DNA of 63,991 nt, counting the filler, from Ionaspis alba (Eukaryota): assembly GCA_964255285.1 (NCBI GenBank). It is 13 parts of 13 records of this genome, joined end to end, with 100 filler letters (N's around TTAATTAATTAA, not from the genome) between each part and the next. Parts side by side here need not be neighbours in the genome. Positions count along the whole stretch, not along the records: positions 50,936 to 55,900 come from CAXUUL010001057.1; positions 56,001 to 60,956 come from CAXUUL010001058.1; positions 61,057 to 63,991 come from CAXUUL010001246.1; 10 more parts are not named here. One strand, given 5' to 3'. The position numbers were made by a program, and so were the translations under genes. Shown here one piece after another: positions 50,836 to 62,449 of this stretch. The stretch's first letter is position 1. Each line of letters opens with the position of its first letter. The notes below the pieces were generated by a model. That model searched no databases, was not told the DNA's origin, and saw nothing but the letters and a program-made list of their open reading frames with translations.

Positions 50836-52602
50836 NNNNNNNNNNNNNNNNNNNNNNNNNNNNNNNNNNNNNNNNNNNNTTAATTAATTAANNNNNNNNN
50901 NNNNNNNNNNNNNNNNNNNNNNNNNNNNNNNNNNNGGTTTCTGGATGGGTGCTTCGAGAGGTTATTGGATTGGGCGCTGGGGGAGGGGGATTTGGCTTGA
51001 TTGGGAGTGTTTGTGAGTGATAGTGGTGGGGGAGGAATGGGAGATTGGGAGGATGAATGCGATCACGAGGGATTGTTACGGTATGATCGTAGTCGCTGGG
51101 ATTGAGATTGGGATGAGTTTTGTTGAGCGCTGGGTAGGTGGCACGACGTTGAAGTGGTCGTGCGATACGAGATGGATCTGGGATCGCGATGCTGGATTAG
51201 GGAGGAACTTAGGGAGGCGGTTGGACAAACGGTCGGGGAGAATTTATGACCATGGTTTTGTTGATTCTATCTACTCTAGAGTGGTAACGAGGGCGCAAAA
51301 CATCCTTGGCTTCGACGAACAGTGTGGAGGGGTAGGTAGCATAGCGATTGTAGATCAACGGCGTGTATGTTTGTAGTGTATGTGTGTTGCCTGTTTTCCT
51401 CATGGGCGTTTAGGCACGGGAGCGGCGTGACTACAAAGGTGAGGGATGTGGATGCAGTCAGTAAGATGCTGCAAGCTGGTTTTGGTGCTGATAGATGCCA
51501 TGGGCTGTGTGTCGCGCATAATGCAGGGTGTGGTGAGAAAAGGAAACATTGTTTCCGGTTCCTCGGAGGGGTGGGCCGCTGGATGATGGACCTCGTCGTA
51601 CAAGCTGTTGCTGTCCTTTTTCTTTTTGCGCCGACTTGGTTACCGCTGCTGTGGATGAGCAGAACAGCCTCCACCACTCTGGATCCTTTTTTGACTCCTC
51701 ATTATAATATACTAAATTTGGTGGCTAAGGTTTTCTAAACATGTTGGTGCTTAGGCTGTCCACACCATCAGTAGAGAGAGAATACTGATACTTTTCATTA
51801 CCGCTGTATCAGCATGGTCCAATCAAGGAAGAGGCTTCTTCTTATTATTGATCATCTGGCAGTTCGTGCGACGAGGCAAAGCCAACAGCTGCTTTGCTGC
51901 ATGGAGGTACGATGGCCACTATTCTGGGCAATTCCAGCGATGAGGTCTCGGGTAGGTGTGTTCTTTGATGTTTATGCGAAATGCAGGTGTCCGAAGTCGT
52001 TTACGTATGTATCGCTTGCAGTGCTTGGGAACGGAAGGTAGTCTCAGGTTGATCACTCCAGATCCAGCCATTCCTACTTGAGTGAAGGGGTGGCAATAAT
52101 GTGAGTGCTCATGTGGTACCGTTAACAGAATGATTGCTGATGACGGCAATGATCCGAGAGGACTCGTTGATCTGTTTTCGCAGGTGGTGTGCAAGAAGGA
52201 GATGGAAGGTACTGGAGGATTCTTTCTCTAAGGACAGTAGGATCAGTCATAGAGAAAGGAAGCAACGAGAAGAGTATTCATAATGCGTACTTAGCTACCA
52301 TCACCATCTAGGCATTATTGATGATCAAGTCAAGAGTCTTTACTTCATTGGTTTCATGAATTGTCAAGATATCTAAGTGGGTGGTCATCCCCTTCGATGT
52401 TGTGGTTCCTTTCACATCCTCCATCTCGACAGTCTTCCCGAAGGCTGCAGAAATCAAACAGAGCAGCGAGGCCGTGTTTATGCCGCACAGACTACTGGTT
52501 TCATGCCATGTTCACAGTCCACCATCCACTACATACATCGGATAGTTGACATGACGAGAGGTATGTGCTCGTCACTTTTGCCCTACTTGTTTTGCGTATG
52601 TT

Positions 52603-52626
52603 CTGCTGCTGCTGCTGCTGCTGCTG
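52603..52626. repeat. (CTG)8 microsatellite, intergenic
   Basis: Direct observation. Confidence 0.9.
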
Positions 52627-53778
52627 CATGATTGGGAGTAAGGTATTAATGATGATGTCGTTTTGGTTGACAAGACAAGGCTGGGAGGAGAAACAAACCA
52701 GAGTGGTGGTGCCCGACTTTGGTTGTAGTGGTGGAAGCCTTGGAGGAAGAATGAAGCCCAAACAAACTTGTCGTCTGCCTATCTCTTTTGGTGGCTTGTC
52801 ACCGTTCCTATTATCCTATCGCTTGGGCCGCCATTCCAGTTGATAGTGTTCATCGCATTGCCTTGCCTTGTCTTGATCTGCCGCCTCGATCATGTCTTCC
52901 TCACCCTTGGACAAATTCGGGTGACTCTTTTTCCTCTCGTCTTTTGCGACCGTACCGGAAAGCAGACTCATCATGCGGGCGACCAGTCGTTTTGTTCGAA
53001 CGAACAAATGGACAGAGTCATACGAGACACAGATCAAGCTGAGTTGTGCTGAAAAGGATATTACCAGCGATGTATCTACTGGTCAGCAGTGGAGAGTAAT
53101 CTGTCGGGCTAAGCAAAGAGCAGTCATCTTGTTTTCCTCTTTACTGGTATTATTGCCATTCCAAGTTTTCTTCCAGCCAATTTCGAGAAGTCTATTGGTG
53201 TGATGAGCGACAGGGGTGTGTAGCAGGGATCTGACAGGGATTGTACAAGGGTATCCCGATACCCCTGTCTTCCTCCTGCATTCATAGACACTGTGCCAGC
53301 CTCTTCTTTCCACTCTCCTCGTCCTGCTTCAGAAACCCACAAAGTACCATTGTACATATCAACCGCTTCTACAATTCACTATCTCTTTCTATATACCCGG
53401 GTTTTTATATCGGTCGACTGGCGTATTGCACGGACGATTACAAAGCAGCAAAGAAGTACTCTTTGGATCTATTTGCTTCTCTGATCCAAAGACTACTTAC
53501 CTAATTATATTCCAATATCTTCCCATACCGGATTCACTCCGCAACTTCACCTCCCCTTCCAATATCACCTTCTACCGACTTCAATGTGTGAGAGGCAGTC
53601 AATATCTTTTCCTTCCTCTCAACTTTCTTTCCAGTACAGCAACAGTCCACGGCACAGGACTTCTGAATACTGTCGGCTTCCTTTGTCTACCGAAAGAGGT
53701 CCAGAAAGAATCATATATCAGTCTCCTTGACCCGCGCAACTTCAATCTCCTTGATGAGAACACTCTACTCTGACTGTC

Positions 53779-55128
53779 ATGTCACACTACTACCATATGC
53801 CTCCTCCTGGCTACGGCCATTACGACTATACCACTTCGACCTCGACATCACCAGGTCCAGATGACGGTTACGACTACTATCCTCCGCGACAGCCCCCTCA
53901 AAGGCGCAACTCCACGTCAACTAAACGACACCACGTCCGAACAACCAGCTATACGATACCAAAGGTAGCAGAGTGGCATCCACCACCTGGCTACACAACG
54001 ACAACGCCACTGTACTACACCGCGACGCCAAATTACCCCACTCAACCCACGGCCAAATACGACCATGTGAGTAGTGATTTCGCGCACACAAAACCCAAAG
54101 CCCGTCGCTTTTCCATGTCCGGGCATGGAAACAGTAGCGGCAGTGGCAACAGTCCGCAAGACAACGGCAATCCCAAACGCCGCGCGTCAGTCCGACGACG
54201 ATCGCAGACCCAGCACATCTACGTAGATGCTGTTGACGACGCAGAAGATCAACGCCCCACATACATCCACATCGAGCCACGGACGACCTATAGTCGCACC
54301 AGCCCTCATCATCACTACGAGCCTGAAGAAGAGCAGCCAGCCCGCTACACCAAGCGCCGCCAGCAGTCCTCGCGTCCCAAAGCTGACACTTACTTCTTCT
54401 TCACTCAGAGCGTCCCCGTCGACAACACTCCCGTCGACGACACCCCCACGCGCTCACGCGCCCGCCGCTCATCAACAACCACGCGTCCGCACCACCACCA
54501 CAGCAGCAGCAGCAATAACACAACACCCACCAAACCCGCCTCCAAGCCCCCACCGCCACCAGCAGCAGCCCGCGAAGCAACAGCCGCCGATGCCGCCCGC
54601 CACCACATCCCAGCGGGCTATTCACTCAAAAATTGGGATCCCTCCGAACAACCCATCCTCCTCCTCGGCTCCGTCTTCGACGCCAACAGTCTCGGCAAAT
54701 GGATCTACGACTGGACCGTCTACCACCACGGGCCGCGCTCCCCCATCGCCGAAGTCGCCGGCGAATTGTGGCTTCTGCTGATCAAATTCTCGGGGAAAAT
54801 GAAGCGCGCCAAGGAGTGTTTCCCGCGGGTCAAGGCACGCGAGAATCGGGAGATTCTAGGCGAGTTTTACGATAGCGGACAGCGCATTTGGGGCAAGATG
54901 AATGCGTTGTTGAAGGTCTGCGAGGAGTTTATGTGGGGTGCGGCGAAGAGGGAGAGGGGGAAGGTGGCGATGGGGGAGAAGAGTGGGGTGGAGTTTGTGA
55001 AGAGTATTTTTGGTGTGCAGAGGGAGATGGAGAGGACGGAGAAGTTGATGACCAGTGTCAGGCTTTGGAGTATGAGGTTTGATGCTAATTGTGAGGATAT
55101 TTGTAAGTATCCGGGGAGGAAGGCGTGA
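53779..55128 (+). CDS. Conserved fungal protein of unknown function (often auto-annotated 'vegetative cell wall protein gp1')
   Basis: 449-aa ORF, disordered N-terminus, conserved C-terminal IPAGYSLKNWDPxExPILLLGSVFDANSLGKWIYDWT block. Confidence 0.85.
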   Translation: MSHYYHMPPPGYGHYDYTTSTSTSPGPDDGYDYYPPRQPPQRRNSTSTKRHHVRTTSYTIPKVAEWHPPPGYTTTTPLYYTATPNYPTQPTAKYDHVSSDFAHTKPKARRFSMSGHGNSSGSGNSPQDNGNPKRRASVRRRSQTQHIYVDAVDDAEDQRPTYIHIEPRTTYSRTSPHHHYEPEEEQPARYTKRRQQSSRPKADTYFFFTQSVPVDNTPVDDTPTRSRARRSSTTTRPHHHHSSSSNNTTPTKPASKPPPPPAAAREATAADAARHHIPAGYSLKNWDPSEQPILLLGSVFDANSLGKWIYDWTVYHHGPRSPIAEVAGELWLLLIKFSGKMKRAKECFPRVKARENREILGEFYDSGQRIWGKMNALLKVCEEFMWGAAKRERGKVAMGEKSGVEFVKSIFGVQREMERTEKLMTSVRLWSMRFDANCEDICKYPGRKA

Positions 55129-56627
55129 TTCTGTTGGGATGCAGGGTGGGAGTACCCGTTTGCTTTGCGAGATATTGCAGTTGACTGTTGAGGTGCGGCA
55201 CTCGATGATACTACGGAGTTGAGAAGATGGAAGAGAATACTGGGGACTGCTTCCTCGCTTGCACCTGTGGTTCGGTGCTTGCGGATGCATGGATGAACGG
55301 TTGTTGGGTTGACTCATCATCACATGTCACGATGAGTCTCTCGAAAGGGTGGCGACGACACACATATTCATACACACACACACATCGACGAAAAACCTAT
55401 TCGTCATCGACCTCTCGTCTATGGTTGCCTAAACGAGACAACACGATATTGGAATCTTTGTGCTTTTGGCGTGCTTTGGCTTGCTCTGTCTGCTATTCGT
55501 TCGTCTTGCTTCAGAGATACCACCTTTGCATGTTAGCGTCACTTGCGCTGTCGGTTGGTTTTTCTGGGTGGCAAATCTTGTCATCTGTCGTTGACTGCAA
55601 GTCTACGGATGCGCGGTCTATGGATTCAGCTTGTTCTGGGGAAATTTTGAGGGATGAGTCACTTGGTTGTTTGCAAGGAGGCTGACTTTAGATTTTGGTG
55701 GCGACTTTGTTTGTTCGAGGGGTTTATGGTGTTCGGAGTCAAGGATAACCAAAAAAGTTGTTTGTGTTTTTCTGGGAGGGTAGATTCGATGGAGAGATCT
55801 GTGTACGATGATAGGGGGAGAGATCTGCTTGCTTGTGTGCTCGCTTGCTACCTGCTAGATACCAATTTGACTTCTTGATACTTCCACCTGCCTTTCTTCG
55901 NNNNNNNNNNNNNNNNNNNNNNNNNNNNNNNNNNNNNNNNNNNNTTAATTAATTAANNNNNNNNNNNNNNNNNNNNNNNNNNNNNNNNNNNNNNNNNNNN
56001 GGAGACGGGGGATGTGTATATAGGGAGAGTGAGAGGGGAGAGGAGGAGATGATACCCATCAATGGCGTTTTGCTAAAACTGCATTTCTTTTGTGGGCATT
56101 AGCGGTCTGGGGGCGGCGTTTTCCTTAGTGGGATTGGGGATTGGTAGTAGGGACAGGGAGGATTTGAGGTGTAATGTATGCGATGCATAGCTATGGGAAG
56201 GAGAGAAGGAGAGACTGGCGGCTGGGAGGCTGATTTAGAGCTGTTGTCGATATTCTGGGCTTGATCTACGCTCCTTTGTGCTTGGGATAGTCGCTTTCCT
56301 TTGTGTTGAGCTTGAGGTGAATAGGGGAAGGGTGGTTTAGGGTAGAGGGAGTTTGGTAATTCTAATGCTCGTCGAGAGCTGTTCTATTATCAGGTCCTTC
56401 TTTACCGTCGTGATCATTGCACCCTATTTATTGCTTCTGGATTGCGGAAGATGGTCCTGATCTTATTAGTTGCCTACCGCCTCTACAACGTCTTATTTCT
56501 CGATCTAGGGTGGTATATTTACCTTAATCTTCTCCAATGACCATCCTGTCTATTGATCTACTCTTGCAGTACTAGCAATCAGGTATAGATAGCTATTCTA
56601 AAGGCCGGCTCGCCATCTCAGAAAATA

Positions 56628-58424
56628 CTACGCTACCAAAGAAGCAGCAAGCATAACCAGTCCGCCAAACCCATCCATACCCGAGCACCACTCCTCCCAA
56701 TTCGCCGTTCTCCGCCCCGTCGTCCTCTCATCCAAGGACTTGGATCCCAGCACCGGCGCATCACCACCATAACATAGCCGGCCCGCGTCTACTCTAACCA
56801 GATCGCCATTCGCAGCCAGTCCAAAGGCCGTCTGAAGCCCTCCTCCATGTCCCCCCTCGCTTTCCGCCTTCCACACAAGCTCGTCAGCTGCTTCCCATAG
56901 CTGTTTCTTCGCCGGCAGCGGTGCGAGTAGCAGGTCCGTCTGACGGAGTTCGCATCTGGCCGCGGGCTCGAAGTAGACGAGCATGTTCACGACTTGGTAG
57001 ACTACGCATAGCCTGTGGATTCAATTTTAGTATCGTTACTTTGAGCTTCGTTATGACAAAGTAGGGTAGGGTAAAAGTCCATTCCTACCTTCGGGCTGAT
57101 TCCTCGAGAATCCAGTCTTTCCAGCTGGTTTCGACACTGTGGTTGTACGGCGCTGGCTGCGTGTTCCGGGTGATGTTGGGGTAGTTGCTCTTGAACTGTG
57201 TAGCTATTACCTGCGTGGTGTTATTTGAGCTTGGGCAGGAGAGGCATGAAAGGGGAGCTAGACCTACAGTTACTGTTTTGATCAACAGAGGATCGAAGTT
57301 ATTGTGGTCCGTCTCGCCTTCGTCCAATCTTATAAGAATGTAAATGGAGAGGGCTTGCATAGCAGCAAGCAGTTCCCACTTGTTCAAATCCAGATGCTAG
57401 AGTTACCCGTCAGCTTGCTCCTTGTAATGTCTCGTTCTGGATCGTAGAACTCAAGGTACCTCTGCACACAAACGTTCACATTCCATTCGCACATTCTTCC
57501 AGAACAGCTTTCGACTCCCGTGGGTCCGACTGCTGAGCATATGCACCAAACTGATGCAATTGGTCAGTGGCTCCATATTGTTGTTCTCGGCAGCGGAAGA
57601 TATCAAATGCGGATGGATAAAGGGTGGAAGGGTGCCGTCCCGCAGCATCATCAGGGGATAGGATTTCAAGGTGTGGAGGATGAGATTGGCGATTCTTTGC
57701 GCACCGGTCTTTAGGTTTGGGCGCTGGTCAAATGATCGGAGAACGTAAGTTGATATAGTTTGTATCGATGGCTTGGGCGAGCCGTTGGCTCGTTGTATTT
57801 GATTTGTTTGATAAGTGGAAGGCATTGAATGAGGAGCCAGAGATGATGAGTCTGATGAATGGTATTGAACACCCTCGTCGTTCGTCTGTAGGTTCAAAAA
57901 GTCGACGAAATCGACATCTGGGTCGAAACGTTCCCCTCCAAGACCTGCAAAATCTAGGTCTGATATATCGAGCGCAGTACCACGATATGCATCATCATCG
58001 TTGCCTGCTTCTTGACGAATTTCAACACTGGGATGATCTGCAACCAACGAAGGCAACAATCTCCGCTGCTGTGTCGGCGTATCATCACCGTACTGATTCC
58101 TTGGCCCCGTACCTCTGGGCGCTTTCGTTGGATAATAGCATTTGATGGCCTTGCTCAAGCACCTCGAGCACTCGGGCCGCCTGTTATCGCAACGCGCCTT
58201 GCCTCTTGCACAAGAAATACAAGATCGAGACCGGGTAGTACTACCAGCTCTTCGAGACCGACAGTAGTATCCATGTCTCTTCAAAGTGGACTCTAGACCC
58301 CGGCACCAATTAATACAGGCTCGGTGTCTCGAAGGACTATCTAGAGCCAGGACAACTCACCCTTATCGAACGGTTTGTTGCATTGCCCACACCGCAGGAC
58401 GGATTGCGCATCTGCTCGGTCCAT
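56628..58424 (-). CDS. Zn(II)2Cys6 transcription factor with an extra N-terminal CxxC..HxxxC finger, multi-exon
   Basis: CISCARGKARCDNRRPECSRCLSKAIKCYY cluster; upstream CGQC..LKRHGYYC; LPPFIHP, LQ/MQALSIY, ESARR, PLPAKKQLWEA, DGFGGLVMLAASL. Confidence 0.92.
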
Positions 58425-58883
58425 TGCAAATTGTACCGCTGCAATTCACGGACATTGCAAAGTGAAATGCCTATATTGAAGTTGATCACATTTGTCAGCA
58501 TAGGTTTTGTAAGCGGTGACAGCCCTAAGCGGGGCTTGGCATATTACTGAATAGACACCTCATATACCTTTTAGTATGATGTCACAGTACCTATATTCTA
58601 TAACCATAGATCCGCGCTTCCATTCAACGAAACATTTTGTCAATGGGACCATCCCGGAACAATTCTTGGCTGAATTCAGCATAGTCCATAAGACGGAACA
58701 ATTTGCAATGGCCAATTATGTTTCAATTTCGAGGATGCCGAATCTCTTCCTCCGGCGACTGCGGACCTCCGGCGTCTGGTATTCGAGTGCAGAACCTTGA
58801 AAGGTTTTCGCAAACACTGTGGCCAAAGTTGACTTCACAAAATGCACAGCTCCGTCGCTGAATCATCGTTGTGTACTTAACCA

Positions 58884-58891
58884 TATATAAA
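58884..58891 (+). promoter_or_regulatory. TATA box of the SDR gene
   Basis: TATATAAA ~90 nt upstream of the ATG at 58979. Confidence 0.65.
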
Positions 58892-58978
58892 GGTCGTCTT
58901 CGTTCGCTCGAAGACCTATTCCTCATCATCAAACGAGTGTCCTATCCTTCCCAATAATCTATACGTCCTGCAATCACA

Positions 58979-59944
58979 ATGGCTCCTTTTCCATCCCCAA
59001 CCTCAACGTGGCACAACAGAACATACCAATCCATTTCTCCCATCCGTCCCGAGCTTTCCGCGAAAGGCAAAACAGTGCTGGTAACGGGAGGCGGTACTGG
59101 CATCGGCGCAGAGACCGCTCGTCACTTCGCCGAAGCAGGCGCGGCTCGGATCGCCCTCCTTGGCCGCAGGGAACAACCCCTTCTCGACACCAAAGCCTCC
59201 ATTGAGCACAAGTTCGCCAACGTCGAGGTGTTCGTGGCCTCCGTTGATGTCACAAAGAAAAGCGACGTGGACATGGCCTTCTCCAACTTTTTGGGCAATG
59301 GAAAACTCCACGTTCTGGTGAGCAACGCGGCGATGACTGGACCCCACGAGTCCGTAAGGGATGTGGTTGGCGACGAGTTCCTCGACTCTATTCAGCAGAA
59401 TCTCAAGGGGTCGTTGAACGTTGCGCAGGCGTTTCTCCGCTACGCTGCGGCGGACGCAGTCGCTATCGATGTCAACTCTTCTGCTGCGCATCTGAACTTC
59501 GCTCCTGGACTTGTCGCATATAGCGTCGCCAAGCTGGCGGTGTTCCGGCTTTGGGATTCTCTGGCCTTTGCGAACCCGGACTTGAGCGTTTTCCATGTGC
59601 AGCCAGGGGTGGTGGACACTGATATGAATAAAGCAGCCGGGGGCGTTAAAGCGTTCGGCTTCGAAGACGACGGTAAATGGAATACTGTTTTGCTGTGTGG
59701 CATATTTCAAGCTGACTTTGACTTAGTTTCTCTGCCAGCGAGTTTCCATGTTTGGCTCGCAAGCCCTGAGGCACGTTTCTTGAAGGGTAAATTTTTATAT
59801 GCCAACTGGGATGTCGATGAACTCAAGGCCCGAGTTAACGAGATCGAAGCGACTACGCAACTCAATATCGGGCTTGGTGGATGGCCTTTTCAGGATGCCG
59901 GTTGGAAATTTCAGCTTGTGGCAGATGGGATGTGGTCAACATAA
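58979..59944 (+). CDS. Short-chain dehydrogenase/reductase (intron 59673-59726)
   Basis: TGGGTGIG, LVSNAA, YSVAK (YxxxK), QPGVVDTDM, WLASPEARFLKGK.LYANWDV. Confidence 0.95.
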   Translation: MAPFPSPTSTWHNRTYQSISPIRPELSAKGKTVLVTGGGTGIGAETARHFAEAGAARIALLGRREQPLLDTKASIEHKFANVEVFVASVDVTKKSDVDMAFSNFLGNGKLHVLVSNAAMTGPHESVRDVVGDEFLDSIQQNLKGSLNVAQAFLRYAAADAVAIDVNSSAAHLNFAPGLVAYSVAKLAVFRLWDSLAFANPDLSVFHVQPGVVDTDMNKAAGGVKAFGFEDDGKWNTVLLCGIFQADFDLVSLPASFHVWLASPEARFLKGKFLYANWDVDELKARVNEIEATTQLNIGLGGWPFQDAGWKFQLVADGMWST

Positions 59945-61056
59945 GTGGTACTGCAAAATCTTGACCTTGGGTTATTGGCCAGCGCCACTAATGACACTAT
60001 ACGAAACTTGTCAGTTTTGAGATCCTGTAGACTGCGAATATTATGGGCGGAACGAGATACTGTTTCATCTCACGAGATCCAGAGAAATTGCTCTCGGAAC
60101 GAGTCCTTAGTCGTGAACCTTTAGACTGTGATGATGACTTTCTTCCGGATGCTGCTTTGAGACTGCAATGACGATTATTTCCCTTGGAAGTCTTAGGATG
60201 AATGCAAGCCCTTATTCGTGCAGTAATCACATAGTCTCAAGTCTAGCCCCTTCGAATCATTCCAACGATTTTCATCCCGATCCATCCCATGGGCAGAACG
60301 TCAACAAGGCGTCCGCCAGGCAATCAGAGCCGCGGATCGTGGCAAGGAAGAGCAACACGAACGCTCGTACCTTGCATGAGGCAAAGGCGATGACCTAAGA
60401 CATGCTGCATCGTGGCATGGGCTGGAGCAAGTTATGATGCGGAGTGGCGTACTAAGCATTCTGACGTGCAAGTCCCGGCGTTGTCCATTTTGGGATGTCC
60501 GCACCGAAGCCTGGGGCTCTGACCCGAGAGCTCGGAGACGCCTTCCCCAACATGTGGAGTAACAAGTCGGGGGATATTCGGACCGTATCGATAAGGGGGT
60601 TGGGGGGAATCGGAGGCTATCTTCGTCCGGTCTAGGGACCGTTTGAAGATGGAAAGGGTGTTGTTGTGGAGTTCAAGTTCCTGGGGATTTGGAAGGTCAA
60701 TGCTTTCACGTGGGAACGAGGTCTGAGCTTTGCCATGGGCCGAGGTTGGAATCGATGAATTTCAGGCGTGGAAGGAATGCGGAGATGGGTTTCGCGGGGT
60801 GCGGCTTAGGAAAAGAAGCCGGGGTCCTGCTGGGAGTGTTGGTTGTTGGAAGGTCCGATGAACTGGGAACTGGGAAAGTAGTGGCGACATCAAATGTTTC
60901 GTACAGCATAACTTCGGATATTTCTGATGATAAGTCTCCGTCGCCAGACAGTCTGGNNNNNNNNNNNNNNNNNNNNNNNNNNNNNNNNNNNNNNNNNNNN
61001 TTAATTAATTAANNNNNNNNNNNNNNNNNNNNNNNNNNNNNNNNNNNNNNNNNNNN

Positions 61057-61492
61057 CTCCCCCAACGACCCCCGCGCCACCGCCCCTATCAACAAAGACC
61101 GCCTCGTCCGCATCTACGACGCCCACCGCAAACACTTCTGGTCCACCATCGCCCGCGACTACGGCGACAACGTCTCCCCCGCCGTCCTCGAAGAGGTCTG
61201 GGCCAGGACTTACAGCAGTGCCTCGGGACTTAAATCTTCTTCTTCGTCGACCGCTGCGCATTATCCCCCGACGCCCCCGAGTAGAAGTCCTCAGGAGATG
61301 ACGCCTACGAGAGCCGGGTTGGGAGCGCCGTTTCAGGAGAGGGGCAGTGCAGCGGGTGGCTTTAGTCCGGTTAATGGCGGGAGGGCGACGATGGCGAGCG
61401 GGTGTGCGCCTTCGAGAGCTGGGTTTAGGATTGAGGCGCTTTTGACGGAGGATAAAGAGGTTAGGGGGTTGGGAGAGGTGAGGAGTTGTTGA
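61057..61492 (+). CDS. 3' end of a putative Myb-like fungal regulatory protein
   Basis: Open frame RLVRIYDAHRKHFWSTIARDYG..LEEVW and C-terminal FRIEALLTEDKEVR; 5' part missing. Confidence 0.55.
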
Positions 61493-62449
61493 TTGGGAAG
61501 GGTGAGGATGGTGGGTGATGAGTGGGAGTGTATGAATACGTGTGCGCAAGGAATGAGTATAGGTCTGGTTTGACGCTTTTGTTGCGGGATTTTTGGGTTT
61601 GAGTATGGGAGGTTTTCGTGCATGGGTGGAGTATATATTGTAATTTCCTGCGACGCTGGCTACTTCGATATGGTTCAACGGGTATCTTACGAGGCGTTGG
61701 CCTGGATGATGGATATGCTGTATAGTAGAATTACGAATGAGTTTGCTCGTCTTGTCTTGATGCACTGATCGATGGAAATGACGGGTCTGGTGCTTCCGAT
61801 TCTTATGCGTATCATAGAGTAACTGACCTGTTCTATGGTGTTTGTTCACAATTGATCTCCCTTAACCCCCCCAAAACTGCTAGGTACCTCTCGCCCAGGT
61901 CATGTCCACACCGAATTGGTCTTCCTATTCAGTATCTAGAGCTGACAGCGACAACGGCATCACTGCACGTCATCCGTGGTCCAAGCTCCACCCCACTGTC
62001 CCCCACCACCTCTTACCCATCACGGTTTGCCACCATCCATCCACCAACAGCGGATATCCCCGAATGTCCAAAGGCTTCACTAATAATGGCGGCCATATCG
62101 GCCCGCATAACCGTTCTGTCCATGCACCTTTTGCGTGCTGGAGCACGTGGATCGGCATGACGTTGTGCGCAATAGCTCGATGGAGCAATATTGGATCGAG
62201 CTTGAAGCTTCGAAATGGACTGTCTGTGAATTGCTTAATGTTTGTGCTGCTGCATTATGATATCAAACCCATGCTTTGTCCGTTCTAGAACTGCTGGACT
62301 AGCTTGTTAGTCACTGTGACTATCTCGACTGGCGTCGTGTCTGTCCGAGTTTTCCTTCGAGCTCTACTTCGTCGATGTACTTCTCTCGTTTGACCTTTGT
62401 ACATCATCAATTTCTTCTCGTTGTTATATGTGTAAAGTGATCCGCCATC

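Noticed and set aside
50936..51700. Minus-strand ORF fragments with an acceptor-like site
   Set aside because: No coherent gene model; may be UTR or the edge of a truncated gene.
61001..61849. 282-aa minus-strand ORF and similar long antisense ORFs (e.g. 8402-8944, 12110-12739, 59003-59710)
   Set aside because: Shadow frames of real genes or of skewed low-complexity sequence; no motifs.
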